NCBI RefSeq assembly: GCF_006345805.1
Contig: NW_021828120.1
Span: 1-9,152 of the forward strand
Direction of reading: 5' to 3'
DNA length: 9,152 nucleotides
DNA from: Octopus sinensis
Taxonomy: Eukaryota
Shown: one piece after another, positions 8,770-9,152 of the stretch
Position numbering within the stretch: the first letter of the stretch is position 1
Layout: each line of letters begins with the position of its first letter
Notes under the pieces: model-generated
The model's input: the letters and a program-made list of their open reading frames with translations, nothing else
What the model was told of the DNA's origin: nothing
Databases searched by the model: none
Made by a program: the position numbers and the translations under genes

Positions 8770-9119
8770 TCAGTCTTAAGAGATTTGATAAAACTAGTGT
8801 ATAAAACAATGACAAGCAAAATCTGTAACAAGTCTTTCTTCCTGATACGTTTGTAGCTTCTAAGCTGAAGCGAAGGCAGCATGTTCTTTGTCTATCTCCT
8901 TACCTTCTTGGAGATTTCAAGTAAAATTATATTATGTCTATCTGTTTTAATTTAATTAAATTCTATGTCATTATACAGCTGAGGGGTTTGCTCTGCATTT
9001 AAGTTGATGTAATGGTTGCATTGTTCAATTAAATAGAGTTACTTGAAACGATCGTACTATATTACCTCTGGATATCCTTCTGGCTTAATTTGATTTTAAA
9101 CACATTATTTCAAATGGTA
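8770..9119 (-). repeat. Right arm of the long inverted repeat (spacer 8620-8769, 150 bp)
   Basis: Reverse complement of 8271-8619 with scattered substitutions and small indels, including extra AAACGTAT-like bases near 8845-8853. Confidence 0.95.
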
Positions 9120-9120
9120 A

Positions 9121-9152
9121 CACACAACACACACCACACACACACACCACAG
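9121..9152. repeat. Imperfect (CA)n microsatellite
   Basis: CACACAACACACACCACACACACACACCACAG at the window end. Confidence 0.85.

Overview
AT-rich eukaryotic non-coding DNA with no confidently identifiable intact gene. The repeats match families I recall from Octopus genomes, so the species call is an inference. About half of the window is decayed retroelements and microsatellites: two RTE-clade LINE relics (~600-1100, ~1284-1603), five SINE segments from three families (one nested in another), and a ~460-bp element flanked on both sides by (ATT)n. Nearly all ORFs in the supplied track are microsatellite or low-complexity artefacts. The least explained structure is at the right end: a near-perfect 43-bp-armed palindrome around a microsatellite core (8074-8262), directly abutting a ~850-bp fold-back with ~350-bp inverted arms (8271-9119). 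A possible FEN1/XPG-type PIN nuclease relic lies just upstream (7615-7875).
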